The position numbers and the translations under genes were made by a program. 64,000 bases of DNA from Promethearchaeia archaeon (GTDB taxonomy: Archaea; Asgardarchaeota; Lokiarchaeia; Sigyniarchaeales; SOKP01): NCBI GenBank assembly GCA_029856145.1, contig JAHQWK010000001.1, positions 224,001-288,000 of the forward strand, written 5' to 3'. Below, piece after piece: positions 27,473-37,582 of this stretch. The notes under the pieces are model-generated. The model was not told the origin of the DNA, ran no database searches, and saw nothing but the letters and a program-made list of their open reading frames with translations. How positions within the stretch are numbered: the first letter of the stretch is position 1; the number at the start of each line of letters is the position of its first letter.

Positions 27473-29884
27473 TTGGACTTTCAAGAACAATTTGATGGTT
27501 GGCTTTTGGATGTCTCCACTTATAGCAATGGAGTCATTCTTTGGGTCAAAACAGTAAAAGAACAAAAAGTTGTAAAAGTTTTTCATGACTTCTGCCCCGA
27601 ATTTTTCGCTGTGCCTAAAAGACATGCTGGCAAAGACTTCAAAAGACTAAAACAGATTCTCAAATCACACCACAATATAGAGAATGTAAGAATCTGTGAA
27701 AAATATGTGAAGCTGGAGGATCATGAAAAAACAAAAATATTTGGAGTTTCTGTAGTAAAACCTTCAGTTTTTAAGAAGACAATTAAAGAAATCGATGAAA
27801 TTGCCCTTTTTACTTTGTATAACACCGATCTTCCAATCTCTCAGATGTATTTCTATGTGAATGACTTATTTCCAATGTCTCTTTGCAGTTTCAGGGTCAA
27901 ACTTGAAAATAAGAGAAGAGCTGGAGCACACGCAATGCGTTTGATCTCCTTAGAATTAAATGATGACAACGAAGAACTGTTTTACGATTTACCTCCTCTA
28001 AAAGCTGTGTGGTTGGATATTAAAGTACAGCAGCGTGGGGTGAGATCATATTACAATGATCCTCTGCTATATGCAGAAGTCAGTATTGTTGAAAAAGATG
28101 AGAGGGCCAACATTCCAAGGGCAGATGGACAGAGAAAAAGAAAGATCCTAATTGATAAAGCTGATGAAGCTGAAACTATCAAGACAATTAGTAAAGTGAT
28201 TGAGAGATTAGATCCTGACATTATATTAACACATGGAGGAGATGAATTTGTATTTCCTTACTTAGCGGCTCGAGCATCAGTGAATCGAGTATCAAAGGAT
28301 TTATATTTTTCTCGCACTAGAACACCACTTAGAAATTGCATCTTTAATCTATCAGGAAATTCAGATCATTACATGTCATACGGAATAATAATGCGACGTT
28401 CTAAAACACAAGTTTACTTCACAGGACGCTTTCATTTAGACACTACTACTTATGGGAGTTTGCACTTTAGTGAGGGAAATATACCAGGTGTCATTGAAGT
28501 TGCGAGAATCTCTCGAGTGCCTATGCAAAGATTATGTAGAGTAACTATAGGAGGTGCCCTTCAATCTATTCAATACTATAATGCATATAAACTAGATCAT
28601 CTTATCCCACCTTTCAAGAAGAGTCCAGAAGATTTTCGAAGTGGTATGGACTTAATCATAAATGATCGAGGAGGTCATATATTTGAACCACTAATCGGAG
28701 TCTTTGATCAAGTTATAGAGTTAGATTTCTCTTCAATGTATCCGTCTTTAATGGCTAATTTTAACATTTCTTCAGAAACAATTAATTGTAAATGTTGTAA
28801 AGATGATGGAACTGGAATTAGGGTACCAGGGGGTGGAGGTTTTCATATTTGCTCCAAAAGACAAGGAATAATTTCGAAATCGATAAGCTTACCGTTGGGA
28901 AAGCGTCTCCAGTATAAAGAATATAATAAGACTCATGATGATCTTAGGTATAAATTCACTGATATTGCTCTAAAATGGGTACTTGTGGTCAGCTTTGGCT
29001 ATCTAGGATTCAAAAATGCTCGTTTTGGTAAAATTGAGGCTCATCAAACAGTTTGTGCTTTTGCTCGTGAGTTTCTGTTGAGATCCGCTGAGATTGCTAA
29101 AAATCATGGCTGTAAAGTCGTTCATGGAATTGTTGATTCAATGTGGCTTCAAGATACAGAAGGAAGAACTTCTGAAGAATTTGAAAAAGTAACGAGAATA
29201 GTTGCTGAAAAAATAACTGAACATACAAAAATTCCAATGAACTGGGATGGAAGATTTAATATAATCGTTTTCTTACCTTCTCGAGCAGAACCAGATATTC
29301 CCGCTCTCAGTCACTATTGGGGGATTAAAAATAACGGTGAAGTTAAGGTGAGAGGCATTGAAGTAAGACGTAGAGATATACCCAAAATAGTAAAAAATGC
29401 TCAATATGCCTTTATAGATATATTTCAGGGTGCAAAAACCATTGAGGAGTTCATGGAAAGAATTCCCGAAGCAAAGAAAAAACTTTATGAATATGTTGAA
29501 AGAACATACTCCGGAAAGCTGTCAAGAGAAGAACTTACAATTCGTCAAAGAATATCTCGCAAACCTTCTCAATATAAGGTTAATTCATACCAAGCAGTTG
29601 CAGCTAGACAATTAGAACGGTCTGGAGTCATAGCCTCACCTGGCAAGAATGTAAGATATATTATCCTTAATGCTGATGCAGATCCGAATTATCCTGAAAA
29701 AAAGGTGATCCTTTCAGATTTATATGATGAAAAGAAACATGAGTATGATAGAAAAAAGTATGTTGAACTATTGAAAAGAGCCTTTGAGAACATATTTCCT
29801 TTTGAATTCCCGGAGCTTGAGGTACTGCTTACATCAGACTATAATAAAAAATCTCTTCAAAAAGATCTGTCATGCTTTATTTGA
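27473..29884 (+). CDS. polB2: Family B DNA polymerase, PolB2/Dpo2 group, proofreading-deficient
   Basis: Motif A ELDFSSMYPS, B ALKWVLVVSFGYLG, C HGIVDS, KVRGIEVRRRD; ExoII reads HGGDEFVFPYL; TTG start. Confidence 0.92.
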   Translation: MDFQEQFDGWLLDVSTYSNGVILWVKTVKEQKVVKVFHDFCPEFFAVPKRHAGKDFKRLKQILKSHHNIENVRICEKYVKLEDHEKTKIFGVSVVKPSVFKKTIKEIDEIALFTLYNTDLPISQMYFYVNDLFPMSLCSFRVKLENKRRAGAHAMRLISLELNDDNEELFYDLPPLKAVWLDIKVQQRGVRSYYNDPLLYAEVSIVEKDERANIPRADGQRKRKILIDKADEAETIKTISKVIERLDPDIILTHGGDEFVFPYLAARASVNRVSKDLYFSRTRTPLRNCIFNLSGNSDHYMSYGIIMRRSKTQVYFTGRFHLDTTTYGSLHFSEGNIPGVIEVARISRVPMQRLCRVTIGGALQSIQYYNAYKLDHLIPPFKKSPEDFRSGMDLIINDRGGHIFEPLIGVFDQVIELDFSSMYPSLMANFNISSETINCKCCKDDGTGIRVPGGGGFHICSKRQGIISKSISLPLGKRLQYKEYNKTHDDLRYKFTDIALKWVLVVSFGYLGFKNARFGKIEAHQTVCAFAREFLLRSAEIAKNHGCKVVHGIVDSMWLQDTEGRTSEEFEKVTRIVAEKITEHTKIPMNWDGRFNIIVFLPSRAEPDIPALSHYWGIKNNGEVKVRGIEVRRRDIPKIVKNAQYAFIDIFQGAKTIEEFMERIPEAKKKLYEYVERTYSGKLSREELTIRQRISRKPSQYKVNSYQAVAARQLERSGVIASPGKNVRYIILNADADPNYPEKKVILSDLYDEKKHEYDRKKYVELLKRAFENIFPFEFPELEVLLTSDYNKKSLQKDLSCFI

Positions 29885-29900
29885 TTTTAAAAAAAAAAGT

Positions 29901-30446
29901 TTATGGAATTGAAAGTATTCCAAAGAAATCAAATATTATTATTATTAAACAGACTAATTCTAATAAGATCCAGAGATTGCGTTTTAAACTTCTAATCGCT
30001 CCTAGTGGTTTACCTGAATAGTTGATTATGTTATATATCAAAATAATTACCCAGGTAGTTACTAAAAAAGTAATTGGGAGTATCAATGCGATTAATTCAT
30101 GACTAGTAAAGAATAATAAGTATCCATAGCCAAGAATTGTAAATCCAGTTATAACTAATGTAAAACCAAGTCCAAATGAATATTCCGCGAACATCACAAA
30201 TCGTTTAATACGTTCTTCAGAAACATTTCCTAGGTTGGCTTCAAATTGAGCTTTAGAATTAGCCGATACAGAATTAACGAAAAAAATGAATGAAATCATT
30301 AATAAAAAGGTGGTCGTAACTTTAGTAGTAGGAGGAGGTTCTTGCCAAATTAAAGCCAAAATCGTCAGAACTGCACCAATCATAACTGTGCTAAGCACAA
30401 TCCAATCTCTTACGTTTATTTTTTGTATACGTTCTTCATTACTCAT
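29901..30446 (-). CDS. Hypothetical membrane protein (about 5 TM)
   Basis: Hydrophobic segments; no family motif recognised. Confidence 0.7.
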   Translation of the reverse strand: MSNEERIQKINVRDWIVLSTVMIGAVLTILALIWQEPPPTTKVTTTFLLMISFIFFVNSVSANSKAQFEANLGNVSEERIKRFVMFAEYSFGLGFTLVITGFTILGYGYLLFFTSHELIALILPITFLVTTWVIILIYNIINYSGKPLGAIRSLKRNLWILLELVCLIIIIFDFFGILSIP

Positions 30447-30550
30447 TTTCTTAATCTTAAAATTTTTAGTTAATTAAAATTACTTGAGACTTAAAATTTA
30501 AAGATTATGATGTAGTCTGTTAAAAAAAATTAATAAAATGAAGAAAAAGA

Positions 30551-31174
30551 TTATTTAAAAGGTTGTCTTATTACAGTTTTCATATTTTCCGGCTTTGCTT
30601 TCCGTGGATCACTAAGATAGATTTCATGATGTTTTTTATCATGCCCATCAAACGCTCCACCGTGGGATTCAATAAATTTGTGTACTTTTTCAACAGTAGG
30701 ACCTTCTTCAGAATATGGGCCTATGTGCATAATTTGTGCTACTTTTCCTTCTTTATATTCTTCAAGACGAAGTTTTGAAATTATATTTGATAGCTCTGGT
30801 TTTTTTTCTAAGGTGCTTTCAATTACTTCATTAATTATTTCTTGAGTTATCCAATCAGGTTGCATGATCATCATAGTCCATTTCCACTTATCCCGGTTTC
30901 CCTCAGTAAAATCTTCCATGTTATCAGCCCACCAGAGGCCTTCCAAGGGAGGAACAACATAATCTTTACCTTTTGCTTTGCTCAAGAACTTTGTCTTAAA
31001 AGCCACTGGATATAAAGCGGCAAGGGCGTCTAAATATTCTTGAGAATCTCCAGGTGATCCCATTCCATCAATCATTAAGAATTGCATTTCAGGTACTTCA
31101 ACCAATACTACTTCTTTTGCACTTGGTAAATAAAAATTTTTCATTGATTTTTTAAAATCTACTTTCGTCGGCAC
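30551..31174 (-). CDS. GyrI-like small-molecule-binding domain protein
   Basis: FLMIDGMGSP, DYVVPPLEGLWW, WKWTMMIMQPD, QIMHIGPYSEE, HHEIYLSDPR, KTVIRQP. Confidence 0.88.
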   Translation of the reverse strand: MPTKVDFKKSMKNFYLPSAKEVVLVEVPEMQFLMIDGMGSPGDSQEYLDALAALYPVAFKTKFLSKAKGKDYVVPPLEGLWWADNMEDFTEGNRDKWKWTMMIMQPDWITQEIINEVIESTLEKKPELSNIISKLRLEEYKEGKVAQIMHIGPYSEEGPTVEKVHKFIESHGGAFDGHDKKHHEIYLSDPRKAKPENMKTVIRQPFK

Positions 31175-31400
31175 TTATTTCACCTATATATAGAGTGTAT
31201 TCCATTATAAGCAAATAAAAAACCCTTTAAAAATCGAAAATTCGAATATTTTTGTCGGACACTTCCCATCTAAACAATTCATGAAAGTAATCTTTTAAAT
31301 ATCTTTGCTAAACTAATTTTTTTGTTCTTTTGGCACGAATTATAGAATATAATGTTTAAATCTAAATAGACAAATTTGTATTATTTTTTTGGCTATTAGA

Positions 31401-31423
31401 AAACTAATACAGTGTATTAGTTT
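31401..31423. promoter_or_regulatory. Perfect 11-1-11 inverted repeat, operator candidate
   Basis: AAACTAATACA-G-TGTATTAGTTT, 27 bp upstream of the small ORF at 31451. Confidence 0.6.
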
Positions 31424-31450
31424 ATTTTTAAAAAATATGAGTATAAAATT

Positions 31451-31609
31451 ATGTCAAAAGCAGTTTCGTATTATGATTGGGAATTATCATTCAAGAATAA
31501 AAATGAGTCAATTAAGGATATAAAAAACGATAATTTCAATGCAATTGGAATGTCTGATAATAATTTTAAAGATTATATTAAAAAGTGGAAAGAAAAAAAT
31601 CTTTCTTAA
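31451..31609 (+). CDS. Small hypothetical protein (52 aa)
   Basis: MSKAVSYYDWELSFKNKNESIKDIKNDNFNAIGMSDNNFKDYIKKWKEKNLS; fills the intergenic gap, preceded by the palindrome. Confidence 0.5.
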   Translation: MSKAVSYYDWELSFKNKNESIKDIKNDNFNAIGMSDNNFKDYIKKWKEKNLS

Positions 31610-31629
31610 TGAAAGTTAAAAAAAAATAT

Positions 31630-33321
31630 TTATACTTCTTCTCCTCGTCTTTTAGCCTCGATATCTTTTAAGTCCTTTCTTAAAACTTTACCCACAAGCG
31701 ATTCAGGAAGTTCTTTCCGATATTCAATGAATTTTGGGATTTTATAGGGCGCAACATTTTGTCTTAGAAACTCCTTTATTTCCATCTTCATTTCATCTGT
31801 CTCATGAAATCCATCTTTTAATATTATATATGCCTTAACTTTTTCACTACCAGGAAGATCTGGATCTGGGATACCTATAATAGCAGCATTTTCAACAGCT
31901 TCATGTTCAAACAAAACATCTTCAAGTTCTCTAGGATATACTTTAAAACCACTGACGTTTATCATATCTTTCTTCCTATCAACAATATACATATACCCAT
32001 CTTCATCAAGTTTTCCAATATCACCTGTTAAAACCCATTCTCCTTTCAATTGACCTGCAGTTTCTTCTGGTTTGTTCCAATACCCTTTAAAAACTTGAGG
32101 CCCTTTAATCATTATTTCTCCTGCCTCACCCATAGGAACGATCTTAGTATAATCATCAATATCTACAATCTTTACTTCCGTATCTGGAAATGCTAATCCA
32201 ACGGAACCAACTTTTCTGAGGCCATTTACAGGATTACTATGGGTTACTGGTGATGTTTCAGTCATACCAAAACCTTCAATAATTTTGCCTCCAGTTCTTT
32301 CTTCGAATTCTTTAAGAACTTCAGGTGGCATTGGTGCTGCACCTGTATTACATACTCGTATTGATTTTAGGTATTTAGCATAATCTTCAATATCATCTCT
32401 TTCTAAGAGACGCATATACATGGTTGGTACACCAGGAAAATACGAAGGGTTTGTTGCTTTAATAATTTCAAAAAGAGATTTTTGATCTCTTGCGTCAGGA
32501 TTCAATGCTAATGTAGATCCGGAATATATTTGAGTATTCATACATACTGTCATACCATATATATGAAATAAAGGCAAATTAGTAAGCATCGTTTCTTTGC
32601 CTCTCTTTATGTCAGGTCCTACCCAAGTAGCAGTTGCAATACTATTTGAAACGATATTATAATGAGTCAACATAGCTCCTTTAGGTAAGCCAGTTGTTCC
32701 TCCGGTGTATTGCAATATTGCGATATCCTCTTTTGCATTAATTTCAAAATCTTGAATATTTGGTTTAGTTTTCTCAATTATATTTAGGAATTGTATTGTT
32801 CCAACGATTTCCGGTGGATTTTTTGAACCCATTGGAGCATAATCAAAGACATTAGTAATAATAATATGTCTTAATTTCGTTCGGTCTTTGATCTTATTAA
32901 TTTTATCAAGTTGAGAATCCCATGCTATTATTATTTCTACACCAGAATCATTAAGTTGATAAGCTAATTCGTGTTCTGTATGTAGCACACTACAAGCTGT
33001 GACAATTCCACCTGCTTTCAGAATACCATAAAAACTGAATAGAAATTGTGGAAAATTTGGGATCATTATAGCTACAACATCTCCTCTCTTTACTCCTAGG
33101 TCCACTAAAGCTGTTGCTAATCTATCTGCAATATCCTTGAATTTTTTATAGGAAATCTTATTCTTCATGAACCAAATTGCTGTTTTACTACTAAATTCTT
33201 CAACGGTATTGTCTAATAATTTATATACATTCATTTCAGGATATTCAATATGCTCTGGAACACCCTTATCATAATGTTTTACCCAAGGTTTTGCTGCATA
33301 TGGATTTTCAGTTTCATTCAT
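31630..33321 (-). CDS. fadD: Long-chain fatty acid-CoA ligase
   Basis: LQYTGGTTGLPKGAMLTH, EGFGMTETSP, TGDIG, DRKKDMI, LPESLVGK. Confidence 0.92.
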   Translation of the reverse strand: MNETENPYAAKPWVKHYDKGVPEHIEYPEMNVYKLLDNTVEEFSSKTAIWFMKNKISYKKFKDIADRLATALVDLGVKRGDVVAIMIPNFPQFLFSFYGILKAGGIVTACSVLHTEHELAYQLNDSGVEIIIAWDSQLDKINKIKDRTKLRHIIITNVFDYAPMGSKNPPEIVGTIQFLNIIEKTKPNIQDFEINAKEDIAILQYTGGTTGLPKGAMLTHYNIVSNSIATATWVGPDIKRGKETMLTNLPLFHIYGMTVCMNTQIYSGSTLALNPDARDQKSLFEIIKATNPSYFPGVPTMYMRLLERDDIEDYAKYLKSIRVCNTGAAPMPPEVLKEFEERTGGKIIEGFGMTETSPVTHSNPVNGLRKVGSVGLAFPDTEVKIVDIDDYTKIVPMGEAGEIMIKGPQVFKGYWNKPEETAGQLKGEWVLTGDIGKLDEDGYMYIVDRKKDMINVSGFKVYPRELEDVLFEHEAVENAAIIGIPDPDLPGSEKVKAYIILKDGFHETDEMKMEIKEFLRQNVAPYKIPKFIEYRKELPESLVGKVLRKDLKDIEAKRRGEEV

Positions 33322-33524
33322 TTTTACTATTAACTCAAACTTATATTTCTCATTATATAATTAATATATATTATCTTTATATGCTAATAAATGTTTAATT
33401 GTTGTAATATAACTATTTTTTGTACATAAAATTAAAGAAATCAAAAATTCTAAGTTTTATCATAATTAAATTCTTCAAATTTAAAATTGAAGTCTATTCT
33501 GGAAAAAATTTGAAGTGAATTGAT

Positions 33525-34868
33525 TTAACTCACTCCTAATCTCTCTAATGAATCAAGAGCAATTGTAACTACAAGATCAGATTTATCTTCTAATAATTTC
33601 TTTAAAGAGGGAATAACATTTGGATCATCTGGTTTAATTTTAGCTAACGCCTCAGCAGCTCGCCATCTAATTTCTGCCCTCTTATCATTTAGAGCATTAA
33701 CCAATTCAGTACTAACTTTTGAAGCTGAAATTCCAATTTTTCCTAATGCAATAGCCGCTTCACTGCGAACTCTTAATTTTTGGTCGTTCAAAGCTTCTGC
33801 TAATGCAAAAACGGAATCACTAGCTACTGATCCAAGATTTCCTAGGGCTCTTGCAGTTTCAACACGTACAATAGTCTTAGGATACTTTAACATTTTAATA
33901 ATTTCTGGAATAGCTTCTAATGCATCATCTCCCATTTTTCCCATAGCCCAAACTACCAAACTGACTACATTTTTATTAGGATGGTTTAAAGCTTCGATTA
34001 ACGTTTTTATTGCTGGTTTTCCAATACTTCTTATGGCATCAGCAGCTCTACCTCTTATTCCTTTTTTCCTATCGTCAAGAGCTAAGGTTAATTTTTCTAA
34101 TATTTCAGAATCTGCAAGTTTCATCTCTCCAAATGCTTCTATGATGCTTTTTCTTACAATAGGGGAATAATGCTCAATATAAATCAAAAGGGTAGGAACT
34201 GCATTTGATCCCATTTCACTTAGGGTATATATTACAGCTTTTCTTACTCTCCAATCTTTATCTTCTAATGCTTTTAGTAGAACAGGTAAAGCATTTAATG
34301 CATCCTTACCTACTTGTGCTAAAGTATTAACTGCAGCTGTTCTGACTGCCCAACTATAATCTTTAATTGCATTTATCAATGCTGGAATTGCTATATATGC
34401 TTCAGATTTAAAATAACCCAAGGAATTAGCTGCCTCTGTTCTAACTTCTTCATTTTTGTCTTTTAAGGCAGTAATTAAAGCTGAAATTGCTTCATCGCTA
34501 ATAAATCCGATTTTTCCTAGAGAAATTACAACTTCTATACGAATCGAAACTTCATCATCTTTAACTAGCTTTGATAATTCCGAAATTGCATTTTCCGCGA
34601 CATTTCCCATTTTTCCTAAAGTCCTTACTGTTTCTCGACATATACTCCAATCATTATCTGCTAAGCATTCAATTAATTCTGAAAGAGCAGATTCAGATTT
34701 TTTCCCTAATTCACCTAAGACTAAAATAGCATTGAATTTAATTGATCTAATATCGCTATTTAATTGTTCTATTATATCATTAATTACATTTGGATCTTTC
34801 TCAACTCTAGCTAAAACCAAATCAATTCTTGCATCCCTTAATAATTTTTCTAACGACGCTGAAATCAT
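33525..34868 (-). CDS. HEAT-repeat (PBS lyase-like) protein
   Basis: About 13 repeats of L..AL.D....VR..AA.ALG.IG; GGTGA RBS just after the livF stop. Confidence 0.9.
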   Translation of the reverse strand: MISASLEKLLRDARIDLVLARVEKDPNVINDIIEQLNSDIRSIKFNAILVLGELGKKSESALSELIECLADNDWSICRETVRTLGKMGNVAENAISELSKLVKDDEVSIRIEVVISLGKIGFISDEAISALITALKDKNEEVRTEAANSLGYFKSEAYIAIPALINAIKDYSWAVRTAAVNTLAQVGKDALNALPVLLKALEDKDWRVRKAVIYTLSEMGSNAVPTLLIYIEHYSPIVRKSIIEAFGEMKLADSEILEKLTLALDDRKKGIRGRAADAIRSIGKPAIKTLIEALNHPNKNVVSLVVWAMGKMGDDALEAIPEIIKMLKYPKTIVRVETARALGNLGSVASDSVFALAEALNDQKLRVRSEAAIALGKIGISASKVSTELVNALNDKRAEIRWRAAEALAKIKPDDPNVIPSLKKLLEDKSDLVVTIALDSLERLGVS

Positions 34869-34876
34869 AAATCACC

Positions 34877-35617
34877 CTATATACCTAAATAGATTTTTCT
34901 AATTCTCGGTTCTTTTTCGAGTTCTTCTTTTGTTCCTCTCATCTCAATTTTTCCTTCTTCTAACACATGAAGATATTGAGCAATATCAAAAGCAAGCACT
35001 GCATCTTGTTCAACTAAAAGTGTAGTGGTTCCTTTATTTTTAATATGATTAATTGCTTCGAATATTTTCTTTTTGAATAATGGAGCAAGACCTAATGAAG
35101 GTTCATCAAGTAAAAGAACCGAAGGATCTGATACAATTGATCGAGCTAGAGCTAACATTTGTTGTTCACCTCCACTGAGTGTTCCTGCCCTCTGCTTTTT
35201 TCTTTCTTTAAGCCGTGGAAAGAGTTCAAAAATATAGTCTAAAAGTTCTTTATATTTTTTTCTATCTTTTAGTGAATAAGCACCCATTTCAATATTTTCC
35301 ATTACAGTCATATCATAGAAAAGTCTACGACGTTCAGGACAATGCGCAATTCCCATTCTAGCTATCTTATATGCATCAAGTTCATCTATTCGCTCACCTC
35401 TGAATAAGATTTTACCTCTATCTATTTCCTCCAAACCTGAAATCACTCGAAGGAGTGTAGTTTTTCCTGCTCCATTTGGTCCGATAACGGCTTCAAGGCT
35501 TTGCTTTTCAAGCTTTAGATTGAGTTCTTCAAGAGCTTTAGCTTTACCATAATAATGGTATACTTTCTTAAGTTCAATAGAATCTTCTGATTCTTCATTA
35601 ATCTCATTATTTTTCAT
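34877..35617 (-). CDS. livF: Liv-type ABC transporter ATPase
   Basis: GPNGAGKTT, AGTLSGGEQQMLA, LLLDEPSLGLAP, LLVEQ. Confidence 0.92.
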   Translation of the reverse strand: MKNNEINEESEDSIELKKVYHYYGKAKALEELNLKLEKQSLEAVIGPNGAGKTTLLRVISGLEEIDRGKILFRGERIDELDAYKIARMGIAHCPERRRLFYDMTVMENIEMGAYSLKDRKKYKELLDYIFELFPRLKERKKQRAGTLSGGEQQMLALARSIVSDPSVLLLDEPSLGLAPLFKKKIFEAINHIKNKGTTTLLVEQDAVLAFDIAQYLHVLEEGKIEMRGTKEELEKEPRIRKIYLGI

Positions 35618-36350
35618 TATTTTGACCTCTTCCTAAATATGCTTCATGTACAATTTTTTCTTCAACTACTTCTTGAGGAGGACCATCAGCAATTAATTTC
35701 CCTTGATGCATTACAAGTACTCTCGGTACTAGTGCCATTAATTCCCTTAATACATGACCAGCAATAATAATTGTATAACCTTCATTATGTAATTTTTGAA
35801 TTAAATCGACAATCACCATTTGTTCTTCATAAGACAATCCACTAAACGGCTCATCAAGAAGCAATAATTCTGGATTTGAAGCAATTGCCCTAGCAATCTC
35901 AAGTTTTTTCAGATCACCAAAAGGTAGAATTATAGGGGGAATTCGAGCTCTATCTATCAAACCAACAGAAGTAAGTATAGTACTAGCCATTTGATTAACC
36001 CCGAAATCCTCACTTATTGCTTTTCCTCTTGGAGACATACATCCTACAATGACATTATCTAAACAAGTTAAAAATTTTAGTGGTCTTACTATTTGAAAAG
36101 TCCTTGTAATACCATATTTGACTCGTTTGTATATACTAAATCTTGTAATGTTCACACCATCAAACCAAATAGTACCTCGATTCAAATTTTCAAATCCAGA
36201 TATTAAATTAAATAGAGTTGTTTTACCAGCTCCATTTGGGCCAATTAAACCAACAAGAGACCCACGTTCAATATCAAAACTCACATCATTTACAGCAGTT
36301 AATCCACCAAACCTTTTGGTTATATTTTTTACTTGTAAAATAACACCCAT
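35607..36350 (-). CDS. livG: Liv-type ABC transporter ATPase
   Basis: FGGLTAV, GPNGAGKTTLFN, RTFQIVR, LLLLDEP, EAYLG. Confidence 0.92.
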   Translation of the reverse strand: MGVILQVKNITKRFGGLTAVNDVSFDIERGSLVGLIGPNGAGKTTLFNLISGFENLNRGTIWFDGVNITRFSIYKRVKYGITRTFQIVRPLKFLTCLDNVIVGCMSPRGKAISEDFGVNQMASTILTSVGLIDRARIPPIILPFGDLKKLEIARAIASNPELLLLDEPFSGLSYEEQMVIVDLIQKLHNEGYTIIIAGHVLRELMALVPRVLVMHQGKLIADGPPQEVVEEKIVHEAYLGRGQNNEK

Positions 36351-36384
36351 AGTTTATCTACCTCTAAATTAATTGAAATTTTAT

Positions 36385-37542
36385 TTATTTGCCTAGTAAT
36401 AAATCCCATAAATTTTTTGATTGCTCTATAGCTGGAGTCATTAACCCACGTTCAGTAAATCTCACTACCAATAATAATATTATAGCGAATATAAATACAG
36501 AAATATTAGTAAACAAATCGCTGAAAGCTGGTAAGAAAGTTGATATTACTTCTTCTAGAATTTGAATTAAAACAATAAAGAAATAAGCCCCAAAAACAGC
36601 ACCAGAAATCAGTGCTATACCTCCTATACATGCCATAATAACGGGATAAAATGAGTAATTGAGCGAATAAATTTCTGGGGCTACTTTTGTTTGATCAAGG
36701 ATATATATACTACCTGCTATTCCTGCAAAAAAAGCACTAATCATAAACGCATATATCTTGTACTTAGTAACATTAATTCCAGATGCTTCTGTTGATTTCT
36801 CATCATCACGTATAGCTTGGAATATAGTGCCCAGCCTTGAATTATATACCGCAAGCATTATGGCTATTGAGACAATCATAATTAATAATACAAATATAAA
36901 TCGCAATCTAATATCTATAAACAAAAAATCCAGAATCGGTGGAATTCCTTCCCCTCCGTAGAATATAAATCTTAAAGAACTCATACTAAATAGTAGACTC
37001 AATAATAAACTAAATGTCAATGTGCCAAGTGCGAAATAGGGGCCTCTAAATCTAAGACATGGAATTGCTATTAATAATCCAAACACAACCGCATAAACTC
37101 CTCCCAACATTACTGCCCAGAACCAATTTAAATTATTAAAATAAACCCATGCACCACATGCATAAGCTCCAATCCCCCAAAACGCAGCATGCCCGAAACT
37201 CACTTGTCCGGTGACTCCAGATAGTAAATCCCAACTAGCAGCATAGATTGCATAGATCATAGCAAGCATGAACATTCGAAAATATAAAGCTTCATTTAAA
37301 ATAAGGGGGATAAAAGAAACTAGAATTAAACACATTAGAATTATTACTCCCCTGAATGATGTTACCCAAGATTTGAAATTACTCTGAGAAGCTGGAATTT
37401 GATATTTTACAAATAATTTAAATTTTTTAGCGATTCTATGAGTAAAGTTCTTAATTGGCGCCCCAATGGGTCTTTTAGTCTTAACAGATTCGATTTCATT
37501 ATCTAAAGCTTGTTCTACTAATTTTTCTTCTTTTTCAATCAT
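36385..37542 (-). CDS. livM: Liv-type ABC transporter permease
   Basis: GQVSFGHAAFWGIGAY, LRFRGPYFALGTL, AIRDDE..ASGINV..YK. Confidence 0.9.
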   Translation of the reverse strand: MIEKEEKLVEQALDNEIESVKTKRPIGAPIKNFTHRIAKKFKLFVKYQIPASQSNFKSWVTSFRGVIILMCLILVSFIPLILNEALYFRMFMLAMIYAIYAASWDLLSGVTGQVSFGHAAFWGIGAYACGAWVYFNNLNWFWAVMLGGVYAVVFGLLIAIPCLRFRGPYFALGTLTFSLLLSLLFSMSSLRFIFYGGEGIPPILDFLFIDIRLRFIFVLLIMIVSIAIMLAVYNSRLGTIFQAIRDDEKSTEASGINVTKYKIYAFMISAFFAGIAGSIYILDQTKVAPEIYSLNYSFYPVIMACIGGIALISGAVFGAYFFIVLIQILEEVISTFLPAFSDLFTNISVFIFAIILLLVVRFTERGLMTPAIEQSKNLWDLLLGK

Positions 37543-37582
37543 TTATAAATCACAAATTGAATTTTTATTATTCTTTAATATA

